A stretch of DNA of 64,000 nucleotides, filler included, from Piptocephalis cylindrospora (Eukaryota): assembly GCA_003614145.1 (NCBI GenBank). It is 3 parts of 3 records of this genome, joined end to end, with 100 filler letters (N's around TTAATTAATTAA, not from the genome) between each part and the next. Parts side by side here need not be neighbours in the genome. Positions count along the whole stretch, not along the records: positions 23,151 to 45,974 come from KZ987795.1; positions 46,075 to 64,000 come from KZ987846.1; 1 more part is not named here. The stretch is one strand, 5' to 3'. The notes below the pieces were generated by a model, which did no database searches, was not told the origin of the DNA, and worked only from the letters and a program-made list of their open reading frames with translations. Positions 37,851 through 49,030 of the stretch are shown piece after piece. Positions within the stretch are counted from its first letter, which is position 1. Each line of letters opens with the position of its first letter. The translations under genes and the position numbers were made by a program.

Positions 37851-38710
37851 AGATGGTCATTCAGAGCGTCGGTGGTTTTCCAAAATGATGGAACGGTATT
37901 CACCTCACTGGATTTACGCCTAAATGTCAAGGGACTCGGAGGGAACGGGTACATGTCGGGGACATGTTCTTGGTACCACACAGGCCAACCCTATGGCCGA
38001 TGATGCGCTTGGATGCCCCCATGCCTATCCCATCGGGAAAATAAAATAGGTATATCATCATTATCAGTGGAGGGAAAAGGATAATCTAGCGGTAAAGATT
38101 ATGTTTGGGATGATAGTTAGGCCTCAAGAGACGCGTTTCAAGAGCATATACTTTTACCTTTTCCCCCAAGTAAATCCCACCTCATCGCCCCAGGTCAAAG
38201 TTCATCATTTCGACCCACCTGGTTAAATATAGTCACACCACTCATTCAACCTGGTTATGGGAGCTATTATCCCCCTATTGGGGGCCGAGATTGGCTAGAA
38301 TGGCGAGGAGAATCGGCTTTTGGAGTAGTGCATCAGCCTCATAGTAAGGGTTGATGAACTCCTGGGATCACGAGCAAGTCTTTTTTTCTTGGAGGCGGAA
38401 ATGAGCTATCACTCACCTCTTCCCTGAGCTTCAGACGCTGTGGGTACTGATTACACAGCTGAGGCATTTTTCCATCCCCAAGGAAATAGGAGGCATATGC
38501 ATTGTTACTCTTCAACTTGATCGTGATCATCAAGGCGACTTTCTCAATGTCGGGAGCCGTGATAACATGCCTTCGAGAATAATTAATTCCTATTATCTTA
38601 TCGAGAAACGTATCGGGCCATGGGCTACTCATACTCCTACGCATATCGTTACTGGTTTAAAAAAAGTCATCTATTCGCCCCCTAGGCTATCCAGGATTGG
38701 GAGGAATACA

Positions 38711-39433
38711 TCAAGGCCCGCGCATCCTCTCCAATTTCCTGGACATGGCCTCCTCACCCTGGAAGAGAGCCTTGTCCTCATCACGCAATTGCTGTTCGAT
38801 CATCGACCGGATCCGCACGGGCCGGCCTTGAGCACGCAGGCTCTCGACCATGAGACGCTGAGACGTGTCTCTTCGAGCACGTAAAAGATGGAATTCACGG
38901 ACGGCCTTGGCATATGCCTCAATGGAGGATAAGCCTTCAACATGGATGAGCCACTGCTGGTACTGAACGACATTTTCCCCAGTCAGTTCATAGCATCCGG
39001 CCGGCTGGATGGAGGTCCAGGTGCCTTGAAATGTGGAGCCATCTTCCTCCAGAGTCTGAAGTCGACGGAGCTCCAAGGGATGTTCCCGGTAGAACCGACT
39101 TCTCCACTTGTCCTCTGGGTAGATAATCTCCTCGGGGCGCGGGGTACGTGGCCGAAGATGGCGTTTAGCATGGCTGCGCACCATAGGACGTGCTTTCTTC
39201 GAGGACACTACCTCCCAGTCATGAGGAGCCGCCAAGGACGACGTGGGAATGGTGGCCCTGGGAGGCAGAGGGGGAGGGGGATGCCGCTGAAGGGCCGCAA
39301 GGACCAGGGGAACTTGAGTGGACTGACGCGCTCCACTGCGCTTCACCTCCACGGTTGTGCAGTTCAGCTTCATCCTCGCCTGAACATGCCGGGCAAGGGT
39401 CTGATGAATGCGATTCGGGGCAGGCGGAGGCAT
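38711..39433 (-). CDS. RSM25: Mitochondrial small ribosomal subunit protein mS23 (Rsm25)
   Basis: RPEEIIYPEDKWRSRFYREHPLELRRLQTLEE, LTGENVVQYQQWL, EAYAKAVREF; single exon. Confidence 0.88.
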   Translation of the reverse strand: MPPPAPNRIHQTLARHVQARMKLNCTTVEVKRSGARQSTQVPLVLAALQRHPPPPLPPRATIPTSSLAAPHDWEVVSSKKARPMVRSHAKRHLRPRTPRPEEIIYPEDKWRSRFYREHPLELRRLQTLEEDGSTFQGTWTSIQPAGCYELTGENVVQYQQWLIHVEGLSSIEAYAKAVREFHLLRARRDTSQRLMVESLRAQGRPVRIRSMIEQQLRDEDKALFQGEEAMSRKLERMRGP

Positions 39434-40035
39434 TGCTCAGGGAAGGGGGGGGGATCGTGCAAGGAGATAGAGGAGGGGAAGGAGGGGGCACTGCAATACG
39501 GATTTATCTATACCTTTTTCCACATATACAATGGATGTCCACTTTTTGGGTAAGAAGGGAGGCAGATGGGATCCAGGAAAGGATTTGACCCTACCATATC
39601 CGAATGATGCCGAGATGGCCTCAAAAATTGATGTTTTCGTGAGGAAGGTATAATTTTTAGTTCCCAGCTTTACTAGGTTAAAAATGCGATAAAATTAGTT
39701 AGAAAGATGGTGGAAATTGTCACTGTGTGGGCGGCCTAGTATGGTGCAAGGCGATAGGCATCTTCTACCCTACAGCCGCCCATCTGGTCGACACTCCGCT
39801 GCCAATGCCTGTCCAGACCCTGCCTCCTCTGCTTCCATAAACCTCCTTTCCCTGGAGATGCCCCACGCTTTCCCAACCAAATCTTCCCATCTCCCTCCAG
39901 TACTACCTCCACCACCGCTAAAATCTGAAGGCTTCAGGCCCATAGCCTCCCCTCTGCCCCCCTCATCCCTCGTCTCTCCCCTCTCATATGCTCCTTGGGG
40001 CCGTGCCTTTCCTCTTCTTCTTCCGCCCCGCAAAC

Positions 40036-40254
40036 ATGATCGGCCGTCTTTTCCACCTCACCGTTGATGCCGCTCTTCTGTCCACCTCTCTGGCCGGTAT
40101 CCGCAGATCTACGGGCCTTACCCTGGACATGGACCGAATTAAGAGTGAGGATATGAGATCCATTGTCGCGCGCTACCTTGGCTTTGGAGAGTGGGCCATG
40201 GACACGTCCATTGCCTTCCTAGGTACATCTGCCTGGTTTCGTCGGGACCGGTGA
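40036..40254 (+). CDS. Small fungal DUF1748-family protein (72 aa)
   Basis: MIGRLFHLTVDAALLSTSLAGIRRSTGL...YLGFGEWAMD...S.WFRR matches the family pattern. Confidence 0.85.
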   Translation: MIGRLFHLTVDAALLSTSLAGIRRSTGLTLDMDRIKSEDMRSIVARYLGFGEWAMDTSIAFLGTSAWFRRDR

Positions 40255-40455
40255 ATAAGAAAATATGGATACACTGGATACCGTAATCTTTGACTATGGA
40301 CCAGACGAGTGTATGTGTGTCAGGTGTAGAAGGGGGTGATCATAAGTGAATGCATTTGAATTACCGCAGTTCCTCCCCACCCTTTCATATTTTGAGTGAC
40401 AATTGGATGAGTCATGGGTAAGGCATGAAGCAATGATCTATATCATATTTATCCA

Positions 40456-43400
40456 TTAGAGAGAGGAAAGAAGTGTAGAAAGGCTGGAGGCATACCCGTC
40501 CTTGCCATTCTGTCGCGGAGAAGCCTTCTTCCATCGTTTGAGACAGGCTTTGGCTCCATCCAACGCCTCTGCGGGAACATCCTCCCCCTTGGCATCTGCC
40601 TCCCGGACCATCGCCAAATACTCAGGAACTGAGGGCGCATCACTCATTCTCCAGGGAAGATCGAGATCAGGGTATGAGCGAGCGATGAGAAGGTGTGCCA
40701 GGTGCCAGTCATCCAGATATCTGCCCTTCCCCTCCTCTTCTACCTCCCCCTCCCTCAGGAGATCTTCAGGAGTTGTTGACATCATTACCTTACTATGTGG
40801 ATAGGAAGAAGAAGTGTCAAGAGACGCGGAGAGAACGGTAATCCCCCTCACCACCATCTATTCCGCTTACCGAATATGTTGTAGCTTGTTCAGTGCCCTC
40901 TCAAGGTCCCAAGTTTCCTCAGAGCCCGGAGTAGCAATGAGGCTAGTGAGAACGCGATGAAATTGATCCGTATCCAGCCCCACCTGTTCCTGGACCGACG
41001 CTGAGACGGGTGAGAGGAGACAAAGGGCACGAGTATAGTAGTCTACCGCATGCCTTGCCAGAATTTGACCCAATGGGGGAGAGTCCCCTGAAGCTTGATG
41101 GGTAAACCGAGCAAGGAATTCCTTGTTGAGATGGACTAACTTTCTGCACAATTCTCGGATGATCAACGAGTACACTGGATCCCCTTCTTCATCCTTTCTT
41201 ACTTGACTACGATGTCCGCAGAAGAAAAAGGTGAGTAAGGGCACAGCATAAGGCGCTTAGTAGATGAAGGAAGGAAGTATGCATCATCCCTAGCCCTCAT
41301 TACACAAAATATACCTTCCAAAGGGTTGTCGAAGCATCTTATGAACAACTGCCTCTAATGCATCCTGGAAAACCTGGAGCATTGGATCATACACACTTTT
41401 AGGTATTTCTCGCACATCCTATCAATACATCCAAGGTCAAGGGAGGTTGAGCACTTTTCCTGGACAGCCCGCTCCTTAAAACTCTTACCTCGAGAGCCCG
41501 ATCCAAGGGCTCCACCACCAAGGGATTCTCCGTCAGGGGTGGGACCATCATTTCAAGGAACACATTGGAGGCATTGGCCAGGTCGATATTGAGTCGGCAG
41601 GGAGGGGTGCATAAACCCCGGCCAATCTGAAATGCCTCTGGGGCTTGCAGCTATTCAAAGATGGTAGGGTAAGCCCAAGTGAAACCACACCCCTTGTTGC
41701 CTTTGTGATGGCCAACAAATGGACCTACCGATGCAACGGACCTAGTGGCATAAGCCCGAATGGCATCACCCACAAATCCAGCTACTCGATGCTGCAGTGC
41801 TTCATCAAACCGGACAGCTGATAGCTCTCGAGAAAGGGTGTGGATAAGATGACTGATATCCCCCTTAGTCGGGGCCGTATTGGGAGGGAGGATCCGAGTG
41901 ACCAGTTCATCCAACTGTGCGCAAAGCGCCTTGACGTACGCATCCTCCAGAGGTTGAAGAGTACGACGGAAAAAGACGGCTTCAGGCCTACAGCATAAGA
42001 TGATTTGGGTGAGCTTGAGTATGCAGAAGCTTTTGCTTTTGCTAGTGTATTGGAAAAAAGGAAAGTCATCTATCAGGTGGAGTAGGAGAGCCTTACGTGC
42101 GCAAAAGGGAAGCTTGAGCGAGACCCGGGTAAGAGCAGCTCTGGAGGAGGAAGGAATGAACAAGCTTAAGGAGTCTAGGGTATCCCCCAGCTAGATGATC
42201 CTGCAAGAAGCCAGATGCTATCATAGTGATGGGAAAGGAGTGAGAAAGAGCCACAGATCGTTAATCCAATTTCTGTACGTACCCTTGATGGAACGATGAA
42301 GATTATGCTGGAACATAAGAACCACTTGCTTCCAAAATAGGCGCGAAGGCGCTTCATCCATCGTCTCAAGAACTTGATGCAATAAGGACTCATCCGCGGA
42401 AATACCCTTGCTATTCTTCATCGCACGTTCCAATTCATCCACCTACCATGCCGCAATGATTTTAACGTTTAGTTGAAATGGAGGAAGACGAGGTAGATTA
42501 CATTAAGCCCCGATACCTACTTGATTCACATGGAGGGTCATGCGCTGCAGGAGTAGATGTTCTATCTTTTCCCAGAGGATCGTCACTTCCATGGCCCTTC
42601 TCTCCCTCATCCCCGCACGGGCTATCAAACGTAGGGAAAGAGGTGAGTCACCCATAAGCCGGAAATCCTACTTCCAGATCGCCTCTCTCCATACCACGAG
42701 CATCCCGAAAGATGGCATTCGCATCCAAAGCACTGGACATATCAGTCTGCATGGCCCTTTGTTGTTCGTCCACACGTTGCTGGACCTCAGAGGCTAAATT
42801 CCCCAAAGCTTGATGGATCCGTAAGGCTGCCCCTAGAGCTAGTTGACTATGTGATTCCCTGCCCAGATCCATCAAAGCCTCAGTATGCTGCAATAATTTG
42901 GCCTTGAGAGTCTTGGTCTGGATGATGCCCTCTTCGGCCACCTCGATCCCTGAGATACCCCCATTCTGGACCAATTGCTCTGTAAATCCGTATGGAACCC
43001 AAATCAATGGGATGTGGGGGGAGGGGTATAAAGTCAATGAAGATATTAGAGGCTCATTGTTAAATTCGCCCATGCCTACCCATGGAGGAGAGCGTGACTG
43101 CAACCTCGGCAAGCTCGTACCATTGATCCTCATTGGAGAGATCAAAGCTTTGGAGTAAGGGTTCTCCCCCTTGCGAAAGACGAAGAGAAAGACGCAGGAA
43201 CCGAGAGACCCTTCCGAGCATCGCACTGGTCCTTCTCGCCGCCTGGCCCTCCCGAAGCCGGTCGGTTAATGTTTCATAAGGTTTACGCGCCCGTACGCGC
43301 AGGCTACGGTGGGCGGGTGTAAGTTGACATGTCTAGTACCTTTCTCGAAATCCATTCCTAACCTACCGTGCCATGGCCTTCTCAAGGTCATTTTGCTCGG

Positions 43401-43485
43401 CAAGTAGGGCCTTGAGAGGTCCGTCTAAGGAAGACACCTGCTCTAGGCTCTCCACGGTCCGTTGAGATGAGTGGGTTGATTCCAT
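40456..43485 (-). CDS. COG5: Conserved oligomeric Golgi complex subunit 5, multi-exon; start approximate
   Basis: LRVRARKPYE...SRFLRLSLRL, ISGIEV...SQLALGAALRIHQALGNL, WEKIEHLLLQR, EVRKDEEGDPVY; helical CATCHR-type protein. Confidence 0.8.
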
Positions 43486-43877
43486 CAGGATCGTTGTTAT
43501 TAGTTAGGGTGGGAAGAAACGCGAGTTGAGTCAACGGATCTCGAGGAGAATGATCAGGGTAGGTCTTGAGCAAAGCGCTCTTATAGGATTGATCAAGGTA
43601 TGAAATGGAAGGCCTCATCACAGCTTTACATCCGTGGGCTGAGCGATGGTCTCCATTGACTTTCCACCCATCGCACCAGCCCACTTCCAACTCCGCTGGG
43701 TAATCATCCAATGTGGCTTGGGAAGGTGGATACTGAAGACCGCTTGGATAGATATCTGCCTTAAAGGCCTGGCGACATTGACAGAAGCCTCAGTCCTATG
43801 CCAACCATCCTACGTCTCCCCTCCCTCAACATCTCAACCACATCAAACCCAAAAGAAAAACACGCTTAGAAGACACC

Positions 43878-45974
43878 ATGGCCACAACAACGAAGCAGAG
43901 CCAAGACCAGGAGCCTCAGATAGCGGAAGAGGAAAGACTACGAAAGACGGATCGGCTTAGAAGGTTGGCTACTTTGGATGATCCGTATGAGCCGGTGGAA
44001 TTTGACCTTCATCGACGTCTAGACGCCCTTTTCCCTGATGGTAAGTGGCTTATGGGATAGTGCCATCATGATCTCGCTCATCGTCTAAGTACCGCGTTGA
44101 TGCGGGACTCAACCATAAAGAGGTATCACTCTCCAAAGCATCCACGGTACTTGCGCATTTGGATGGCCAGATTTTGGAACTGGAAAAGGAATTGCGTCAA
44201 ACCAGCCAGGATCAATTGATCGACGAGGAAAATGCACAAGAAGCCCTAGCCCATGCCCAGGCCTCCCTCAAGGTATATGGGTTTCTCCAGTTCCCTGAAC
44301 TATATTTATCGCCTGTATCACTAACGATCACAGAATGATTGGCCCTTTCCGTCATTAACAGAATCTCTTAGAGGAAGTGGAAAGGATTTCTCGGCACGCG
44401 GAGGCCTCCGAAGCCATGATGACCGACATCACCCAAGATATCTCCACGCTAGACATCTCCAAGAGGAACCTGACCACGTCAGTCACCTTGTTGAAACGGC
44501 TCCAGATGCTGGACCAGGCTGTAGGAAAGCTTCAGGATGCCTCAAACCAAAGGAACATTCGTGCAGCAGGCCCCTTACTGCAGGCTGTGGATGGTCTTCT
44601 CCTACACTTTGATACCTATCGCCAGATAACTGAGGTGTCCGACTTGATTGACCGGACCCAAAAGTTAAAATCTGAATTCCAGGTCATTGTCTTCCGGTTG
44701 TTCGAGGAAAGGTATGCAATATGATGGGAGTAGAGAGAAAAATGGGCGGAACGGCTCTTTTGTCTTCAAGATACCACTATTTACCGACTACCTCCTGGGG
44801 GAATGGATTATAGCTTTAACATCAAGGGCCAGCTCGAGGGGAACAAGCGTGATTTAAAGGATGCTTGCGTGATCATGGAACGTTTAGACGAAAAAGCTAG
44901 GTAAATAAGATGAACTTTTAACTCGAGAAAGGGTAAGTCCTCATCATTCCCCATTTTAGGTCAAGACTACTGGAATGGTATACCAAGAGTCAGCTACGGG
45001 AATATTGCGAAATTTTCCGGGGAAACGAAGAAGTGAGTCAAAGGCCGCCTTTATTTACGTACTTACCTGTACTCTCATGGAGCATAATTATCATTTCCCT
45101 AAATCACCACTTACTTCTTCATTAAACCTTCTTTCACTTCCTTACAATTTTTTTCTAGGTGGCAGCACTAGATGCAACGGCAAGGAGGTACGCATGGTTA
45201 CGACGATTGATGAAAGGGTTTGAAGAGTCAGGCCAAGCGGAAATATTCCCAAGTAAATGGAGGGTAGATCAGCTGGTGTGTGAACGATTCTGCCGAGAGA
45301 CACATAATGATCTCAAGGACGTCCTCGCCAAGAAGGATTCTTATGACATTAGCCTTATGCTTAAGGTACTTCACCTGACTATTGATTTTGAAACACAGCT
45401 ACAGGATCGGTTCTCTCGCAAGGTAAAATAAGATAAATTCACGTTTCTTAGTTCCATGAAGCTACCAAATTCACTAATATATAACTCCCGTCCTCCTTAT
45501 GTAGAAATTATCTGGGCCCTCGACTCAACGCGATGGCTTTAATACAGAGGATTTAGATGGAGTTGAGGGAGTACAGGAGCCCACCTCCTTCCATGGCCTC
45601 ATCTCCTCTGCATTTGAGCCATACCTTGGCCTGTATATCGAGTCTAAGGACAAGTAAATGATTGAACCCACTGTGTTAAATCAAGGATGATATCACGTCT
45701 GCCTCACTCATTTCTCTCCTCCCCTCCTAGAACCCTCCTGGAGATGATGGACAAGTATAAGCGTCAGACTTTGACGGAAGCAGAAGCTCGAGTCCAAGTA
45801 CTCTCATCTGCCACGGATCTCTTCTATTTTTATCGAGAAACCATTACCCAGGCAGCCAGATTCTCGACCCGCCAACCCTTTTGGGATCTCACTCAGCTCT
45901 TAGCCAAGAGACTGGGCACGTATTCAGAGCACGTACTATCATCCCGACTCTCTCAGATCACAGGACCCGGGGGG
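43878..45974 (+). CDS. VPS53: GARP complex subunit Vps53, 3'-truncated by the gap
   Basis: LDALFPD, AEASEAMMTDITQDISTLDISKRNLTTSVTLLKRLQML, AALDATARRYAWLRR, ISSAFEPYLGLYIE, VLSSATDLFYFYR. Confidence 0.94.
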
Positions 45975-46074
45975 NNNNNNNNNNNNNNNNNNNNNNNNNN
46001 NNNNNNNNNNNNNNNNNNTTAATTAATTAANNNNNNNNNNNNNNNNNNNNNNNNNNNNNNNNNNNNNNNNNNNN
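45975..46074. other. Assembly gap / artificial contig linker
   Basis: 100-nt N run with central TTAATTAATTAA. Confidence 0.97.
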
Positions 46075-46075
46075 C

Positions 46076-47257
46076 ACTCCTTCTGAAAACAGCAGTGGAG
46101 CTAGCACTCCCCCTGACCAAAACGATGGAACTCAGGGATCATCCGAGCTCGCGTCCAAGAACCCTCCCAAATACACGGGGAAACTGGAGATCAAAGATCG
46201 GGGGGTCGCGATCGTGTGCTCTAACCAAACTGTCGGTGGGCTGGATTATACTGTGAAGGGCTCCAAGTTTATTAATACCCTCCTTCTGCCAGCAAAGGAA
46301 GCCAAAGAGTATGCGGACAAGGCCAATAGGACGCCAGAGCCCTTAGACTTGCCCGTAGGCTCAATTCAAGAACAGGCCCTTAGCTGTGATTATGGAATAA
46401 CAGATTCTATCGTAGGCTCCAACCCATCGATGGTGCTGATGGAGCCCAAAGAACGATGCCTTGTTATTCTCAACAGCGGCCAAGAAAAGAGCCCCGCTAC
46501 TGTAGATGTGGAAATCCAATGGCTCACCGTGCCAACTGAGACGTCCCATTATAGCTTTTTAAGCTTCTACTCTGATGAATTGGTTGAGAGAAGGAATGAG
46601 CCCAAGGTCAAGCCCTGGCTTCCCTGGTTGACGGACGGATCCAAAAATTACCATGATTATGCACTTAATATCGAGCCCAAGGGTGTACTGATCAAAGAAA
46701 AGAATCCTGCTCCGGTTATTTTTGATGGTCCTGACAAGAAGAACCCCGAGCCTGTGAGCGAAAAGGCGACAGTTCTTCCCGGCAACATAACGTCCATTTG
46801 CTCAGAAGGGCCCGTTGGAGGCATTTCTTACACCGTGAAAGGTAATCCAGACCAGGTTATCTCTGGGACACTCGTATTCCCAGAACGTATAAAAAAGGCC
46901 GTGGAGGATTCTTTCCGTGGGGTCAATACGGATGCAGAGGAACCGCCTATTCATCTAAAGATGCAAGCTCTTGGCTGTGACTCAATGGGATTTCCCGAGT
47001 GCAGCAACTCCAACCCTCCGGGGCAATTGATGGATCCTGAAATCATGTGTCTCGGACTCTACAACTACTTTAAGAATGCCACCACGAGTGTCGATGTGAC
47101 GATCCAATGGCTGACGGCCAGGACGAATACCACTCTCTACGATATGAGCGCCCGTGGCTCCGTGGATCTTTTGAAGGCTGCAGAGAATGACACCAGTGTT
47201 CGTCCTTGGGTCATCTATGGGGGCTCTAATACTCCCAAGGCTGACTGGATGGCCTAG
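46076..47257 (+). CDS. 5'-partial orphan protein with two tandem copies of a ~150-aa Cys-containing domain
   Basis: Frame is open from the gap edge (S/T/P-rich linker) to TAG at 47257. Internal duplication CS..VGG..YTVKG / QAL.CD / SNP...LM.P...CL / VDV.IQWLT / V.PW. Confidence 0.8.
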   Translation, partial: TPSENSSGASTPPDQNDGTQGSSELASKNPPKYTGKLEIKDRGVAIVCSNQTVGGLDYTVKGSKFINTLLLPAKEAKEYADKANRTPEPLDLPVGSIQEQALSCDYGITDSIVGSNPSMVLMEPKERCLVILNSGQEKSPATVDVEIQWLTVPTETSHYSFLSFYSDELVERRNEPKVKPWLPWLTDGSKNYHDYALNIEPKGVLIKEKNPAPVIFDGPDKKNPEPVSEKATVLPGNITSICSEGPVGGISYTVKGNPDQVISGTLVFPERIKKAVEDSFRGVNTDAEEPPIHLKMQALGCDSMGFPECSNSNPPGQLMDPEIMCLGLYNYFKNATTSVDVTIQWLTARTNTTLYDMSARGSVDLLKAAENDTSVRPWVIYGGSNTPKADWMA

Positions 47258-47995
47258 TCATCTGGGTCATCTCGCGTCTCTCGTTGCTCTGCTGCTCTTA
47301 ATGTCGACTTATCTTCTGACCTGACAAGTACAATGAGTATGGATTAATGAGCATTCATGCCTGAGTAATGGGAGTTGATTTTACCTGTGCTGACGATCTT
47401 CTCAACCAGAATAAACATACGTCGGTTACTTTTTCCTCGTGTTTCCTCATAGTTTCATTATCTGGCGGTATGCATTCGATCCGTCGTGGATACACAGAAT
47501 GCGAGAATCAAATACTTATTCATTTCTAAACATAAATGACACACATATATGAGTTTAGCTGATAAGCCATTTCTATGCATGAAGACCTCTACTGTTTCCC
47601 TCCCGCTCTGTACGTCCATCTCAACACAGGCTGGCAAATGATAAGGACGTCTATTGAGCCTTGCACTTGCCGATGAACGATTCATTATCTTGTGGAGAAA
47701 CTCTTTAAAGGGACAGTCGGGGAGGGGAAGGACAAAAGCGTCAGCCTTAGCTATGGCATGGTGAGGGTTGAGCAGAAAGACAGGTAAAGTGGTGGAATTT
47801 GAATATACAACTATGAAATCTTAATACAGCGCTATTCATTACGCTAAACCGCTCCCCTGTCTATTTAAATGTCCGTCCAATTCATCAAGGTGCTTCAATT
47901 TCAACAAAATTTAACTTTTTTCGGAATATCTCTTACTCTAGCCGGAATGGGTTGGACGCGTCTTCCGGATTCGAAAAGACCCTTTGCTCTCTCTC

Positions 47996-48013
47996 CACAC
48001 ACACACACACACA
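47996..48013. repeat. (CA)n microsatellite in the COX12 upstream region
   Basis: About nine CA units. Confidence 0.8.
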
Positions 48014-48156
48014 TAGACAGACCTATCCATATCCCCCCGTTACATCCCTCCCTATCAATCATCCTTTCCTTCCTTCCTTCCTTCCCTCCCTTTGATCACC
48101 TCGCCAAACCCCACTCCCTTCTCCCCGGCCCCTCCCTCCCTCCTTGACACACCACA

Positions 48157-48522
48157 ATGTCCGACTCTGAGCAAGCCAAGTTCAACGTCAAGACTGTTGG
48201 CTTTGACGCTCGCTTTCCCAACACCAACCAGTCCAAGCACTGCTGGCAAAATTATGTCGACTACCAAAAGTGCATTGCCGTCAAGGGCGAGGACTATGCT
48301 CCCTGCCTGCAGTTTTTCCGTGCCTATCAGTCTCTTTGCCCCTCTGACTGGGTAAGTGTTCATTTGAAGCAGTGTGAGGAGGAGATAGTTTTGGTGTGAG
48401 GGCTTTTTTATTCACACGCACATTCACTCAAATTCTTCTTATTCTTGGTATAATCGTCATAGACCTCCAAGTGGGACGAGCAGCTGGAGGACGGTACTAA
48501 CCCCTCAGACCTTTCCACCTAA
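48157..48522 (+). CDS. COX12: Cytochrome c oxidase subunit VIb, two exons
   Basis: TVGFDARFPNTNQSKHCWQNYVDYQKC...C..F...Y.SLCP.DW, intron 48352-48462, then TSKWDEQLEDGTNP; stop at 48520-48522. Confidence 0.96.
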
Positions 48523-49030
48523 GCTAGGACCCTCGTAGATTGTTCTCTCTCTCCCTCACGTGTGGTTGTCCTTTTTACCCGGCCCGCTAGGTATCTTTGG
48601 GTGCTGTTGTCATGCTGATGGAATGTGGTTGGTGACGCACTAGTATGCTCCTTTTGCTATAGGCACCATCTACTCTTCCTTCCAATCACTGACATAATAC
48701 CCAAAGCTCCTGGATCGGAGAAAGGTGGGGAGATGATGTGAAGAACGGGATGGTAGTGATGAGGAGGATGATTGAAGAGCCAAGTAAAATCGGATGCTCA
48801 TATCCCTTACACGTTATGTCTTTATGCTGCTCCCACCCTATTCTCTCATTATTGAATCCTCCGTCATAATATTACTAAGGCTAGCAGTAATAGTAACGGC
48901 AACAGCAGTATCAAACCTTTCATTGCCATTGGTCTTCTAGTGATGTCCCTTATCCTTCCCGGCAGTATTTACCCATTGCCTAAAGCCCGTTCATGCACAA
49001 GCCCTGCTTTATCTTCGCTATGCATTCTAT

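Noticed and set aside
43283..43300. ACGCGC pair as MCB-like promoter sites
   Set aside because: They fall inside a COG5 coding exon (LRVRARKPY).
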